From positions 48,982,001-49,046,000 of the forward strand of contig NC_045707.1 in assembly GCF_009834535.1 (NCBI RefSeq): 64,000 nt of DNA, given 5' to 3'. Every line of letters starts with the position of its first letter. Position 1 is the first letter of the stretch. This document shows positions 26,660 to 40,199 of this stretch, piece after piece. The notes under the pieces were generated by a model. The model did not search any database. It saw only the letters and a program-made list of their open reading frames with translations, and was not told the origin of the DNA. Position numbers and translations under genes: made by a program. Origin of the DNA: Camelus ferus. Lineage: Eukaryota.

Positions 26660-26850
26660 GATTTGGTATCAGAAGACCTGGGTTTGGTCTTCATTCTAAT
26701 TGTGACTATGTGATCTTGATTACATCAGTAAACTTCTGACTTTCTCATTTGTTACATGAGGCTGACAGTACCTATCTTGGACTCTTCTCAGAAATGTTGC
26801 AAGAATAAAAATGAGATAATGTATGTAGAAGTCACTTTCGAACACTGAAG
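26660..26850 (+). mobile_element. MIR SINE
   Basis: tcagaagacctgggttt...tgactatgtgatcttg...tttctcatttgttacatgagg...aatgagataatgtatgtagaag. Confidence 0.8.
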
Positions 26851-29800
26851 TGTCATATGGATAGGCTTGTATTACATGAATCTTAACTTTCATTGTATTG
26901 ATGAGAAATACAAGCATTGTAAATAAGCCAAAACAAGTGTCTTTGTAGCACACTCATTCCCTGAGCCCCATCCCTGGTATGGCTCTTGAGCCTGAATTTT
27001 CTCTGAAATAAGAAGCTATATTTTAATTTGTTCTTTGAAAACGCTGAGTGTCATTGCTACTGCCTGTCTGTGTCTTTGCCTTCCTCTACACAGTTCAAGT
27101 GGAAAGAAAATTAGAAAAAGAGTACAGGCAGGGACTTTCAGCATTCCATTTATTTCTCTTTTTTTATGGGAAGAAAGGGTCTTAAATTTTCAAAAATGAC
27201 CAATTCTGAGATTACAGAGTAAAAGGAGAGCTCCAAGATTATTCTTGATACAAGCAAAAAGCCAGAGAAGGAAAGACACAGAATTGAAAAGAAAAATAAT
27301 GCAGGCTGTACCCTGTGTCTGCCATGATGAATGGAAGTGATGTTTGGGAGCCATGGCTTAGTAGGAGTCACTTTATGAGGTCACATGGGCAAGAAGTCCA
27401 GATCTTTCACACAACCACATCCCTAACTTCTTTTGATACTTCTGAGCAAACAACTCTCTGCTTGAGCAGATGCCTACTTATACTGTATTGTCTGTGCACG
27501 TGCAGAACATTTTTCTATTACAAAAGAGTTGCTAGAATATTTTAAAAAGGTCACTTTCTTGGTAGGGGTTGAGAGGTGGAGATGGAAGGGCTCTCAGTCA
27601 TCACTGGAAACCTAGACAAGTAGGCAGAGAAAGTAGGTCGAGAACGGATGGCTTGATTGTTTACAGGGTTCAGAGCATTCAATGGGAACTTAGCGGGAGG
27701 TCTAACAGGAGACTCTGAAACACATCCTGTCTGCTGCAAGATGTTGGAAACTGCTGATTGAAAGCAAATGGGTTCCAGGGGCGATGGTTCCTGCCACTTG
27801 ATCACAAGTGAGACTAGAACCAGATGCTGAAGAAAAGAGGTAAATAAACAATATTTCATCTAAAGAAAGAATCAGTCTTATCTTAGCTAATGACTATGCT
27901 TCAGACAAATTCTACAGATCTAAGACACACAGACAAAAATGAGTTCCAGGGCCCAGTCCCTTAACTCTCCAAGACAAGCATGAGAAGTTATTGATGTATC
28001 ATTACTAGAAGGTTATATTTCTACTTTAGAGACAGATGGCTATCGTACAGGTAAATCTCTCTCCCACTGATGACACTCTAACCTATTTACAGTTTTTTGT
28101 CAAGCCACAGATACCAGCTGGTATCCTGACCACTCAGACATATTTGCTCATATCCACATCTAGTATTTTATGTCACTCATTGAAATGACTCCCCCCCTTT
28201 ACCATCCCATTCTTCCTACCCATGAGAATGAGTCCCATGACTGAGTCATACTGGTGAACAGTGTATACTGGAGAACCCATTTGCCTTTTTTGCATGTTGC
28301 CAGTATCTAAGCATTACCAATCATGATCTTAAAAAGTTCTATGAAGACAGGGATGAGGCCTGTTTTGTTTGCCATATTATTCCCACTTGCAACATATTAG
28401 ATGTTCAATAAATGACTGAATGAACGAATCAGGCTGACAGCAGACACAGTACATTTCTGAATACCTTCTCACCAGACATACTGATAATAAGTGGTGGATT
28501 CAATAGCATTTGTATGTTACCTACATCAGAAACATTCTTGGTTAAGTAGGCTTGAATGGCCTCAACCTGAGAACATAACTGATAAGTAAAGCATTGTTTC
28601 TGTGAAGAATGTATTCTTAACAATTGGTCTGCAAATGAACTTTTGGAACACAAATTATCTGTCCACTGGGGATGCCTGTCCTTAAATTAATTTATTGAGT
28701 AATTTTTTCCCAATCTCAAATTTTTTGCCTCATAGGATGTGTCTTAACATGCTACTTTGAGCTTTTTTTCTTTTCTTTTGTTCCTTTTTCCCTTTAAAAA
28801 TGAATTCTCTGAAGGTCTTGGCCACATGTCAATGCTGTATTCACAAGGATTAAGGATCAGCAGGGCTGCTGTGCAGCGATTCAGAAATTGAGTACATCCT
28901 GTGGATTGGCAGCACATAGCCTGCTATTGTGCGGGAGGCACCGGTGTTCCAGTAAAGGCATGTTAAATTTAGCAGCTGTCTTGTATTTGTCACTGGGGAT
29001 GGGGTGGAGGCGGTTGGCTGAAATCTAGATCCATTTGGGAGTTTTACTTGAAAGTTTACTTTAAAAGATTCATCTAAAGGGGAACTTGTTTCATATAGTC
29101 TTATTTTCTGTAAATTGTAACAGCTTTGTGATGTTGCATGTACAGCACACCTGGATTCTTTATGGTTAACGTCGCCTTTGTTGTAAGGATTCTTTTTAAT
29201 TCCACATAAACTCACAGGCCACTCAAAAGAAAATCTATGGAGGCCATCATTCTGGTTATTTTTATTCATAATCTAAGTCTGTTTGTAAAACAGAAATAAA
29301 TCATTTTGGAAGAAAGTGGAAGAGGTCAACAAAGGAATTAACAGTGAATCATTTGTTTTGATGACATGCAGGGGGTGGTTCTTTTTCTAATAAACCTCCA
29401 TGCAGGTGGGTAGTGACAGCTAAACTCCTTTATTTTATATTCCCTCCTTATCCCATCTACAGTCTAATTACGCTAACTACGATGGAATCAAAGACATTTC
29501 ACAATGGAAGGAGTCTTGGGAATCATTTATCTAGATTAATCCCTTATTTTACAACAAAGAAAAACTGAGGTGCAAAGGAAGGATGAAACAATTAGAACAA
29601 AACAGTGATGGTACAAATGGGAACAGGACTTAATAAAACAGTGACGGTGTAAATGAGAATTTGACTTCCAGTCTAGGGCTTATTTTACTGCTTTTCAATA
29701 ATTTCCCATCACACACTGTAATATAAAGCCCCTTCTTTACACTCAGGTCTGAGAGTATAATCTCTATATTCTTGAAACCTGCAGATAGATGCACAGGGAG

Positions 29801-30489
29801 TATTTCAAGAACCAGTCCTTATAGTCCCTGCCAAGATTCCCAAAGGGATAGTAAAAGATGTAAACCCATAGCGTTATCCTTTGTGTCCAACCTCTGGGCA
29901 TTCAACCCTGTGTACAGAGCGAGGAGACAAGTGCCAAGGTAAAGAGGCAAGTACAAACTCCTAACCCTAGCAAACAACTCAAATATTAAACCTGCATTCT
30001 ATTCTGTGTACAACATAGTGAAAAGGTACTTACGAAACATAACAATTTAGAAACATCTGCTTTAGTCTAAATCTCAGGTCTTTTAATAGTGGTGAGCTGG
30101 CCTTTACAGGAGGACTACAATGAGAATGACTTTTGCCTTCAGGTGTGCAGAGGAATGAACAGGTAAAATTGGTGGTGGTGGGAACAGCTAATACCCTCCA
30201 CACACTTAAATATCACAGATCTACTTTATCTCCTAACAAAAAACATTCAAAATCATATGCTCCTGTTTTAAAACACATCTATTCCTAAAGAACTATTTCC
30301 AAAGACTGAAAACCTCTCTTTAGGGTAAATTTTTTGTCACATAATCTACCTTCAATGAGACAAATACTCAGTATTCAAAGAAATCCAATAAGCAAGTGCT
30401 AACTACAATGCCCTGGGGATCCAAAGATGAATAAGGCACATCCCTGTCCTTACGAGACACATAATTTTCCTGTCCCATCTGTGGTATCT

Positions 30490-30720
30490 GTAGTATTATT
30501 CACTTTATGTTTTTCTTTAAATCCAAATAATTTTTAACTTAGCTTTATCTTAAGTAATAATGCCTGCAAAGCTATGGGTTTCAAGTGCATCTTTACTTTT
30601 TCTATCCTACATTAAAATACACACACAATTATTACCATAAAATAGAAGACCATTAATGCCTCATCTAGAATCACTCATATAGCACCAGTATTATACAAAT
30701 AATGTTTAGTTAAACATACA
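30490..30720. mobile_element. Old hAT-Charlie MER fragment (MER103/MER113-like)
   Basis: ttaagtaataatgcctgcaaagctatgggttt...acattaaaatac...ctagaatcactcatatagcaccagt resembles a recalled Charlie-derived MER end; family uncertain. Confidence 0.45.
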
Positions 30721-33700
30721 TTTCTTCTATCCTATAATACCACTGAAAGAAACACAACTGACAGAGTAACATGATTTAGGGGAGCAAAACAAAACATTAC
30801 TATGTCAATTATACAAATCAAATGTAAGATGTAAATTCAGAAACTACAAAATGAAAAAAACATATTTTAGAATTAGTGAAATAGGGTGACAGAAGAGTGC
30901 ATGGACCAGATATAATAATACCACAAATGAGAGAATGGATTATTTTGAAATATTTTGAAAGCTACCATTTCAATTTTCAGGAGAAGTAAAAAGAAGAAAG
31001 AGTAATTTTGAAATGGGAAGTATGTAGTGCAGAGAAATCCTAGTTGATACCTTACCCTGGGGACTTTGAAGAGGCAAGAGAGCAGACAGAGAGTACTGGG
31101 TACAGATAAGTGTGTTTCAGAATGTTGGGAAGGTGAAAAGGAAGTTTTATCCAAGACCTTGTAGGCCTGAATTCAAGAGCCAGTGATGAAAGTCATTCAC
31201 TGTGATGCCGCTGACATCAGTCCAGTAGAACTGCTGAAGTTTGTCCTATAATTTATTAAGCCAGGGATCTGGTGGGTTCCAACTAAATTTTCAGCAAAGG
31301 GAGAAGAAATATCTTTTTTCTTGCTCTTAAAATGGATTTTTAGGGTTTTTTGCTGTTTATTTCATTTTTTTTTTCTACTGGTTAAAATATTTGTGTCAAT
31401 GGCATCAAAGTCAGGTAGGGCAGTTAGGTCTGAATATGGTCCCAGATTATGAAATATCTGAAGAAAAATGGTCTAGAGATCATCCATTGTCCTTAAGATT
31501 TTATACCTAACTCAGACGCTTGTCTAAATAACCATATCACCCATCTAATAATAAGTCTCTTGTTGTTTGGTTTGTACTTGCTCTTCCATTTTAAGGTTTT
31601 TCCATTCGAAAAGTAATTTAGATGGTAAAAAACAGAAAAAAAAACCAACGTGTTTTTCTATACACTGAAAATGTTAAGTAGTCTTTAAGCTAGAAGATGT
31701 TAGAAAAATCAAGCACTTTAAGATTTACTTTTGGAGTGAAAATTGAACACATCTAAATAAAACAGAAATGAAAGAGCAGATTCTTATTTTTGTCTTAAAC
31801 TTAAGCCAAGCCATTATTATAACTTCCAAAGTCCACTAAACTTATTTAAAGCTCTAATTTATTTTGCAGAATTTCAATATGAATCATCTTTACTTCCATT
31901 TAGGAAAATACTTAGCAATCATTTTGAAAGGAAACGCAGAAATTCATTAACCATGTGTGTCGTGATGTTGAAGTATATAACATCCTTCTGACTTTCAAAG
32001 CTGAATGGCTTACCTATCATTCACGTTACTCTGTCCAGAAATGTGTATGTGATTCCAGTAGTACATGATTCTTGATGACATTTAAAAACATTTGCTCATT
32101 TGACTTCCGTCTTGCCACAGGTGGCAGCAGCTGATTGTTGTTTGCTAACTTGGGCTACCCTTCCATCACTACAAAGCATGTTAAGCCAGCAAGAGTAGGA
32201 CTTGACTTCTTGGTAACAAGAAGATAATCCAAGATATACAAGATTTAGACTCTCAAAGCTTAAATATGAAATACTAAGTGAAATGTAATCAATTTGAAAT
32301 CTTATAAAAATAATTTAGAATAATCTTAAAGTCAATATAACAATCTATATAGGAAGGAAATCATTTAAGAGAAGGTTATTTAATGACGACTTTTGAAACC
32401 AAATTTTTTTTTCTCTGATGCATAAGGTTAAAGTCCTTGGATTATAAAACAGATCATTAAAAGAATATTTGGGTTTCAACTATGTATGTATTAAATATGA
32501 AAAATCAAGACTAAAGAGTTGCTATTTTTTTAGTTTGGTTAGTGGCAAAGTTTGCCTTTTTGTTGTTGTTTTTAGTCTTTGGTCAACTTGGACTTCATCT
32601 ATATAATACATCAGAATTAAATCATCTTGACTATCTTAATCTTAGTAAAATGACATTGATTTTGTACATTTCAGAGTCAGAAGAAGACCTCTCCCACAGA
32701 CTCCCTAATGTATTTATGTCCACTGATGCATTTTTTTTTAGTTTGTGATCTGTTTCCCTCTTCCTCACTTGTGGTATGGAATAATGAATTGTATCTCTGA
32801 TATGCATTTATAATATTGTGGCTGATTTTCACTCATATGCAAAAAGCAATATAAATGGAGCTAAATATGGCTGGAAAGCAATATGATGTTGAAAGCAAGT
32901 AGTCAAAAGAATTTGTATGCAAGGCTGTTTCATTTATCCCCATCAATTTTCAGTGCAAATACGAATATGCAATCCAGTTAGCTCTACTATGAATATTCAT
33001 GCTGGGTTGTCTGCATTTAGAATCGAAAGAACTATAAGCATATTTTCACATAATGCTGCACTAACATATGTTTGTTTATATAATTTTGTTTTTCTTTGAA
33101 TAAAAATAAATAAGTGAATACATTACAAGACTGGCAAGCTGGGAAGAGTAATAGGGCCTTAGCAGAGGGCCTATAGTTCTCAAACCTAGTTGATGATCAG
33201 AATCATCCTCAAAACCATTAAAATTAAGAAATCCCACTTGTACGCACTGGGGAAGAACTACAGGACAATAGTGACTTCTCTTTTCTGCTCCAGCCATCTC
33301 TTCCCAGTATGGACAAGATAGCTTCCAAACCCTGATAAGGTACATAAGGCTCCCTTTTCTCCCAGTAAACTGATTCAGGTTGTCAGAATCTCACCATTCA
33401 GCCTTGTTGCATTTACCTTGACTGTTAAGTCACAGTGTCAGAGTAGTGTTGTCCCAACAAGCTGTACACAGAGAGCAGGTAAAGAGATGAGCATGCAGTA
33501 ATGAAGAATGCTGGTGTCTGGCAGACTTACAGTGCTAATGTACGAGCACTCTGTGTTTCTTGTATTTGAAGAAATAAGGTATGCTTTTGCTTTCTATAAC
33601 CTAAACACATTTCAATTCCATCTAAGAAATCCCTTAATTTAGCTTTAATAATATGTTCCAAATTGCTAAGATAAAATAACTGTCTGGGGTATTCATCAGA

Positions 33701-33879
33701 AAATAATTCAGATGAAGTATCAGGACATTTGGAAATCAGAGAACAGCTGGCATAAAGTGATTCGACTTAATGGGAGAATGTATTTCCTGTCTCACAGTCT
33801 TTCCCCTGTTTCTTTTTTACTTGCATTTTTGTTCTGGGCTTTCTCTTTCACCACCTCCAGTTTATTCATATGAATTACC

Positions 33880-35313
33880 AAAAAACAGTCAAAACACAAA
33901 AGGACCCACACTACCTGATTTTAAGATAAGTGATGAAGCTACAGTAATCAAGATAGAGTGGTATTGGTGAGAGGCTAGACATACTGATCAATGGAACTGA
34001 AGACAGCATCCAGAAATAAGCACCACCCCCCCCACACACACATAATGATCAACTGATTTTCAATAAAGATGCCAAGGTACAGGGGAGAGAGTAGTCTTTT
34101 CAGAATGATGCTTGAACAATTGGCTGTCTATAGGCAAAAAAAGGTAATTTGAAATATATCATAAACCTACAGTAATAAAATAAAACTAGAATGAAACATA
34201 AAAAAATTTGAGACACTGGGGTAAGCAAAGATTTCTTAAATAGAGAACAAAAATCATGAACTGCCGAATTCTTTTGGTAAAATTTAACTACACCAAATTA
34301 GAAAGAAAAAACCCCTTCTCTTTGAAATATCCTGTTAAGAAAGTAAAAAGCTACACATATACTGAGATAAAATACTTGCAAAACATGTTTGATAAAATAC
34401 TTGTATTTAGTATATACAAAATTTTTTTTAACTCAGAAAAAAATCCCAATTTAAAGAAGAGCTTAAAGATTTGAAGAGTCACTTTACCAAAGATGAGATT
34501 TATATTTCATATAAATATGAAAATATGCCCAATATCACTAATCATTAAGGAAATGCAAATTGAAACCAAAATGTACTACATACCTACTGGAATGAGGTAA
34601 AATTAAAAAAAGAAAAACAGACAATCCTAATGCTGGATTGCTAAAAGTGAGGAGGGACTGGAGCTCTCGTATGTCGCTAGTAGGAATGCAAAGTGGTCCA
34701 GGCACTTGGGAAAGCAGTCTGGTAGCTTTTTTATAAATTTAAACATACATTTACCAGATAATCCTGCAATAACACTCACATCTTTTTTTTGAAAGGGGGA
34801 AGAAAACATATGTCTACACAAACACCTGTGTTGCATGTTTATTACATCTTTTTTCAGATATCTAAAACTGGAAATAACCTGTGTCCATCAAATGAGGAAC
34901 AGCTGAACAAACTGTTACATATATATATAATGGAATATTACTCAGATAATAAAAAGAACAAACACTGTACCCAGTAATACAATTAAATCTGCAAAGCATC
35001 ATGTTAAGTGAAAGAAATTAGACTCAAAAACTCTCATATTTTATTTATGCAACATCTGAAAAAAGTAAAAGTATAGTGGCTAAAATCAGATCAGTAGTTT
35101 CCAGGAGGTGAAGTTAGAAGCAGAAGATTGACAACGAAGGGTCATGAGAGGATTTTTTTTGAGGTGATGGAAATATTCTATATTTGATTGTTGTGGTGGT
35201 TGTTATTACATACATTCACCAGAACTAACTGGATCACATTAAAAAAGGTGAATTTTAGTAAATTTGAATGTATGTAAATTTAATCTCAGTAAAACTGACT
35301 ACAAAAATAAAAA
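33880..35313 (+). mobile_element. L1ME/L1MD-type LINE-1, ORF2 3' end plus 3' UTR
   Basis: cacactacctgattttaag...gctacagtaatcaagatagagtggtattgg...ggaaatgcaaattgaaacc...gatggaaatattctatatttgatt...A-rich tail. Confidence 0.9.
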
Positions 35314-36454
35314 CAGTGACCCAGAGAAGAAAAAAAAAAAGTTTGAATCATTGTGGAACTAAATTCGTAATAGATACAATTTTAAATTTCTCTCTGTTAC
35401 CAATGCATTCAAACAGACAACCAATAAAAATATAAAGCTGCAGCCTGGTTGGGAATTGGAGGTGATTCCAGTGTAGCAATATTGCACAAGATCTAGTCTA
35501 ATCTTGAACAAAACCTCTTCTGGAGGACTGTGATGAGAATAGATTGGTTGGCTTGCATTCTAGAATAATTCATGGGTAGCTATGAAACTTAACTCCTGTT
35601 CTTGCAGCTCACCCAGTCATATATGCAATTTATTTCACTCATCTCCTGGCTATTCCATATTAAAATGAAACACAGAGGAGTAATAAGGAGGGCAGGGAAT
35701 TTGAGTACACATTTTTGATGTTACATACTTGTTGTATAAATTGGAGATAAGTTCCTTACCATTTCTAAGTCTAGATATTTCTCAACTATAAAATTAAGGT
35801 AAGTAGAATAATGCATGTGGAAGCATTTTGCAAACCACACAGCCCTATTCAAATACTATTAGTGTTAGTAGTCCAAAAGCTGCCCTTATGGAGTCCTGGA
35901 ATCATTCTACTATATTCCACATTAGTGACAATCAGATTATTGTGTCAGTTTTCAAAAGTTTTTAAGATGATGAAAAGAATCTGGTGAATAATAAAAATGA
36001 GTCAAGCGATGAACAAGGGGCACTGTGAAGAAAGGTTAAAGTGGTGGGAGAGAGTTAATCTGAAAGAAAACAATAATTGGCATTGGTTCCATCATTGTTT
36101 TTCACACAAAGAATGGAGGTAAGCTGTTAGTTATCACCAGAGTCTTAAACAAAATGGAACAGACACACATTGACAAATTACAGAAAATATAATAAAGTTC
36201 AAGTAAACAAAAACTTCTTAAATATAATGGCAATTACATACTGGAATTGCCTTCAAGAGGAAGCTTTATTTTCCTGGAAACCATCAGCAAAATGATTTCA
36301 AATTCATATACCTTGTGAGTGGGTAGGCCAGGTCAGTTGGTGAGCTGTCTGCTTTGACAGTGAGCGCAAATATGTTTATTTACTAAGGGTAATTACGCAG
36401 AGCTCTCTGAGAGTTCAAGCCTGGCCCCATTTTCAAGGTTATTTCTCCTTGTCT

Positions 36455-36615
36455 GGTCTGTGGACTACTCCAATTAGAATCATTACTTTCTTGTTAACAA
36501 TAGCAGATTTCTGGATGCTACCACACCAGCAATACTTAGATGCTCTGAGAGGCAGACACAAAGTCAAAATTTAATAAGTACCTAAAGTGATTTTAATGCA
36601 CAATAAGCATTGAGT
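36455..36615. mobile_element. MER5-like hAT-Charlie fragment
   Basis: attagaatca...cttgttaacaatagcagatttctgg...tttaataagtacctaaagtgattttaatgcac. Confidence 0.55.
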
Positions 36616-37003
36616 TATTTTAAAAACATAACCTAACAATCTGAGTCACTGCTCTATTCCTATAAAATTATGTTAAACTTTCATGGTAATTCTCAGATGT
36701 CACCTGAGTTTTCTAGCTCCTACCTAGTTTCGTGAGCCTCCATCATACTTTAATTGGTAGGTAATATTTTCATAACTTTATGAGCAACTAATAAGTTTTA
36801 CTTATTTATCATTTGGTTCTGTAATTGTCCAGTTGTAAGGGAGCAAAGAAGCAATCTCTTCCTCCACTCCACCAGCTGACACACATACTCTTTTCTATAC
36901 ATATATCTGGATGGCTTTTCTAAAGCAAGTGGGGAGAAAAATATTTAATAACTGCTTAAAAAATTATTAAAAACACTACATATTTTCCTTAAGTAAGTCT
37001 ATA

Positions 37004-37232
37004 GCTGGGCACAGGGGATTTTTATGGCAGTGAAAATATTCTGTACGGTACCATAATGAAGGATACACAGCATCATACATTTGTTAAAACCCACAGAATG
37101 TACTACACTAAGAGTGAACCCTAACATAAACTATGAGCTTTACTTGATAATACTGTATTAATACTTATCAATTGTAAAAAATGCACAGCACTAATCAAGA
37201 TGCTAGGAATAAGAGAAACTGAGTGGGGAGAG
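37004..37232 (+). mobile_element. L1MC 3' UTR fragment
   Basis: gcacaggggatttttatggcagtgaaaatattctgtac...catttgttaaaacccacagaatgtac...agagtgaaccctaa. Confidence 0.85.
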
Positions 37233-37239
37233 AGGATTT

Positions 37240-37267
37240 TGTGTGTGTGTGTGTGTGTGCGCGCGCA
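37240..37267. repeat. (TG)10(CG)3 alternating purine-pyrimidine tract
   Basis: Directly visible. Confidence 0.95.
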
Positions 37268-37405
37268 GTATGCCTGTGTCCTCCTCTCTCTTACAGATCC
37301 AAGAAGAGTTGTTGGTTTTTTTCAGTCTGTTCAATTTTTTCCTCGTTGCTAGGATGGAGTGGCAACTTCCAAACTCCTTACATTTGGAGCTAAAACTCAG
37401 AAGTC
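37268..37405 (-). mobile_element. L1M (L1MC/L1MD-type) extreme 5' end fragment
   Basis: Reverse complement gacttctgag...atgtaaggagtttggaagttgccactccatcctagcaacgaggaaaaaattgaacagactgaaaaaaaccaacaactcttc resembles recalled L1M 5' termini. Confidence 0.7.
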
Positions 37406-38019
37406 TGAGTTGCATATTTTTGCCAATGTAATTATAAGACCCGAAGTTGCAAAAATAATTGAAATTAAAAACTGGCAGTCCTATGAGTTTATGACAAACA
37501 AGAATGACTCTTATTTTTAGATTAAATATACTATATTGCTTAAAAATTTTCTCTGAATTAGTAATTTAATTTCTTAATTAATTTTTCTTTTATATTGAGA
37601 TGCCAAGAATCAACAATTAGGTTGAAATAAGTATCTCAGGCTTAAATGAATTTGTATTTCTAGAAGAGGTAAAACATTAAGCCAAAAGGAATGAGACCAT
37701 CCTCTTCTCTGACTCAGTCTTATAAAGAAAATAAAACTTGGTAAGTTCTTACTTCTGATTTAATATATCTGGGGAAAGTAGACCAATGAAGATGCTGGTC
37801 GGTGGAAGACAATGACAGAAACGCTGAGCTCTGCTGACAGACCAGTGCTGCTGTTGCTACATTCTGTCTGTCTGACTGGTGCCCTGAAATTCATTGTTTA
37901 GTATTTAGGCTTAGGCTTTTGCAGAAAGTTTCCCCCAATTTTTTGGTTAAGTTAGTTTTTTCTCTATCATATTCTATTCTTATACCCACCCACAGTGTCT
38001 GCTTCTGTGCCAGTCTCCT

Positions 38020-38430
38020 TCAAATCCCTGCCCTCGTGAAGCTTATTTTCTGGTGGGGGAAGACTAGTATAAAATAGAATTAAAATGTAGAGGAAATATA
38101 GAATACATAATACAGTCAAATGGCAGTAAGCACAATGGCATGAAAGCCAAGGAAAAGGGATAGGCAGTATGTATGAGGTAGTATTCAATTTTGAAAGGGG
38201 ACAAGTAATACCTCATTAAAATGTGACGTTAGAAAAAATGACCTGAAAGTTGTGAGGAAGCAAACCCTGTGGATCTATGTTGGGAGAATATACCAGACTG
38301 AGGAAAGATCAAATGCACAGACCTTGAGACTATAGTTTGATGGGGATGTTCCAGAAAGAGCTGGAGGAGAGCCAGCCAAGGGCAGAGCGGTAGGACTGAA
38401 GTAAGAGAGGTAATAGGGGAGATTTAGTGA
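38020..38430 (-). mobile_element. L2a fragment
   Basis: aatccctgccctcgtgaagcttattttctgg...gacctgaaagttgtgaggaagcaaaccctgtggatct...aaatgcacagaccttgag. Confidence 0.8.
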
Positions 38431-38734
38431 GGGGGCAGGCAGTTTGCATCAGATTTTACCAACAGGTAAGGATAATTAACAAAACTGAAAACATTAGAAA
38501 TGAAGGAAAATAAATATGTTATTTATTGCACATTCCCAGATAAAAGAAATTTTGTGAGCACATCTTCTTTCCCTACTAGATCTTGAGTATAGGTACTTAG
38601 CCCTACACATCTTTAATTCCTATAACAATGGGGTAATTACTTGCAAAGAGTAAGCACTGTGAAAATTCTGTTGAATAAATGAACACTTAATTGGAGCAAC
38701 TGAGTGAATGAAATGTAAATAAATAAATACACAA

Positions 38735-39135
38735 AGAAACTGTCTTAAGCAGAGTGGGAACCTGTTGGCTTTCTTGGTTGAGAATCCCAAAATCTGAGTT
38801 AGCTTTGACACTACAAGAGCACCAGGACCTAATTTCTCTTCCTCTCCTATCAGCTCTGCTCTGTTTCCTGTGTTAACTTCATTCTCAGGTGTCACGTAGT
38901 GGAATGACACTGGGCATAGCTCCAGCATATGCACTTTTAGATACAAAACTATAGAAAAAAACTGAAAAAGAGAGAAAGATTGAGACTGAGGGTAAAAACT
39001 GATTTTCTCTTTCATCAATTAAGTCTTGGGTATGGTTCCTACTGGCCCAAATTGGGTGAACTAGTCACTACAGCCAAGGAGAAGGGATATGATAATTGAC
39101 TAGCTGGGCAATCAGAGCCCACTTCTAGAGCTAAT
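38735..39135 (-). mobile_element. MLT1K-like MaLR LTR, decayed
   Basis: aactgtcttaagca...tcagctctgct...cttcattctcagg...ctggcccaaattgggt...agtcactacagccaagg. Confidence 0.6.
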
Positions 39136-39620
39136 AGTTGCCTAAGAAAATTCAATTCATACTTTATGATAAGAAAGAATAGACTATTAACAGTAAAAGA
39201 GCAAGTGTTCACTTAAAAGAGGGATGTGTATTCTCGTCAATCTGTAGGTCTCAAATTTATCTCCTGTGCAAGGCTAGATACTGTGAAATCACTGAGGACA
39301 TGCTGGTCTTCCAAACTAATTCTAACTTGAACTCTACTCATATATCAGCATGTTCCAGTGGTTAACAGAAAGTTATTATTATCTATCATTAATGACATAA
39401 CATGCATAAAGATAAGAGTTTGAAATAATACATAAAATCCTTTTCTCCAATTTCAGGAAAAAGTAAATAATAAAGAATCTAGTTGTTGAGACTCGACTAT
39501 ATTCCCATCTCCTTTGCATTCATCCACCCATTTTATGTCATTAGTTTTTGGACTTCCATGTGATATTTAATTAAACTCTTGATTTATTATTAAGATCTAG
39601 TGAGGACAGAATATGACCTA

Positions 39621-40199
39621 TGCATTAGTTTTCCATTGTTGCAAAAGAATTACCCCAAGACTTAGTGGCTTAAATAACAAGCAATTATCTCACAGTATCT
39701 GTCTGTAAAGAGTCTGAATTTGGCTTTGCTGGGTGTCTGTGGCCCACTCCAGGTTTTCTCATGGTTCAGGGTTTTCACGGGGCTGCAATCTCCAAGGTAT
39801 CAGGTGGAGCCACAGTCATTGGTCACTTAAAGCCTCAACTGTGGGAAGATTTGCACCCAAACTTATCCCCAGGGCAGTTGGCAGACCTAAGGTCATCACT
39901 GATTGACCACACAGATCAATTTCTTGACAAGTGGGCCTTTCCATAGAGTAGCTGGCAATGTGGTAGATGGCTTCCCCGAGGATGAGGGCTCTGTGAGAAA
40001 GTGAGCAAGAGACAATGTCCAAGACAGAATCCAGTCTTTGCAATTTAATATTGGAAGTGACACCCTATGGTTTCTTCACTATTCTACCTGTGAGAAGAGT
40101 CACTAGGTCCAATCTGTACTTTTGAAAAAGGGATTATATAAGGACATGGACGCCAGGAGGCAGGAATCATTGGAAGCCAGTTTAAGACTGCCTACCACA
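39621..40199 (-). mobile_element. MLT1F-like MaLR solo LTR, full length
   Basis: tgcattagttttccattg...cttagtggcttaaa...ttggaagtgac...gtcactaggtcca...ccaggaggcaggaatcattggaagcca...ctgcctaccaca; TG...CA termini. Confidence 0.85.
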
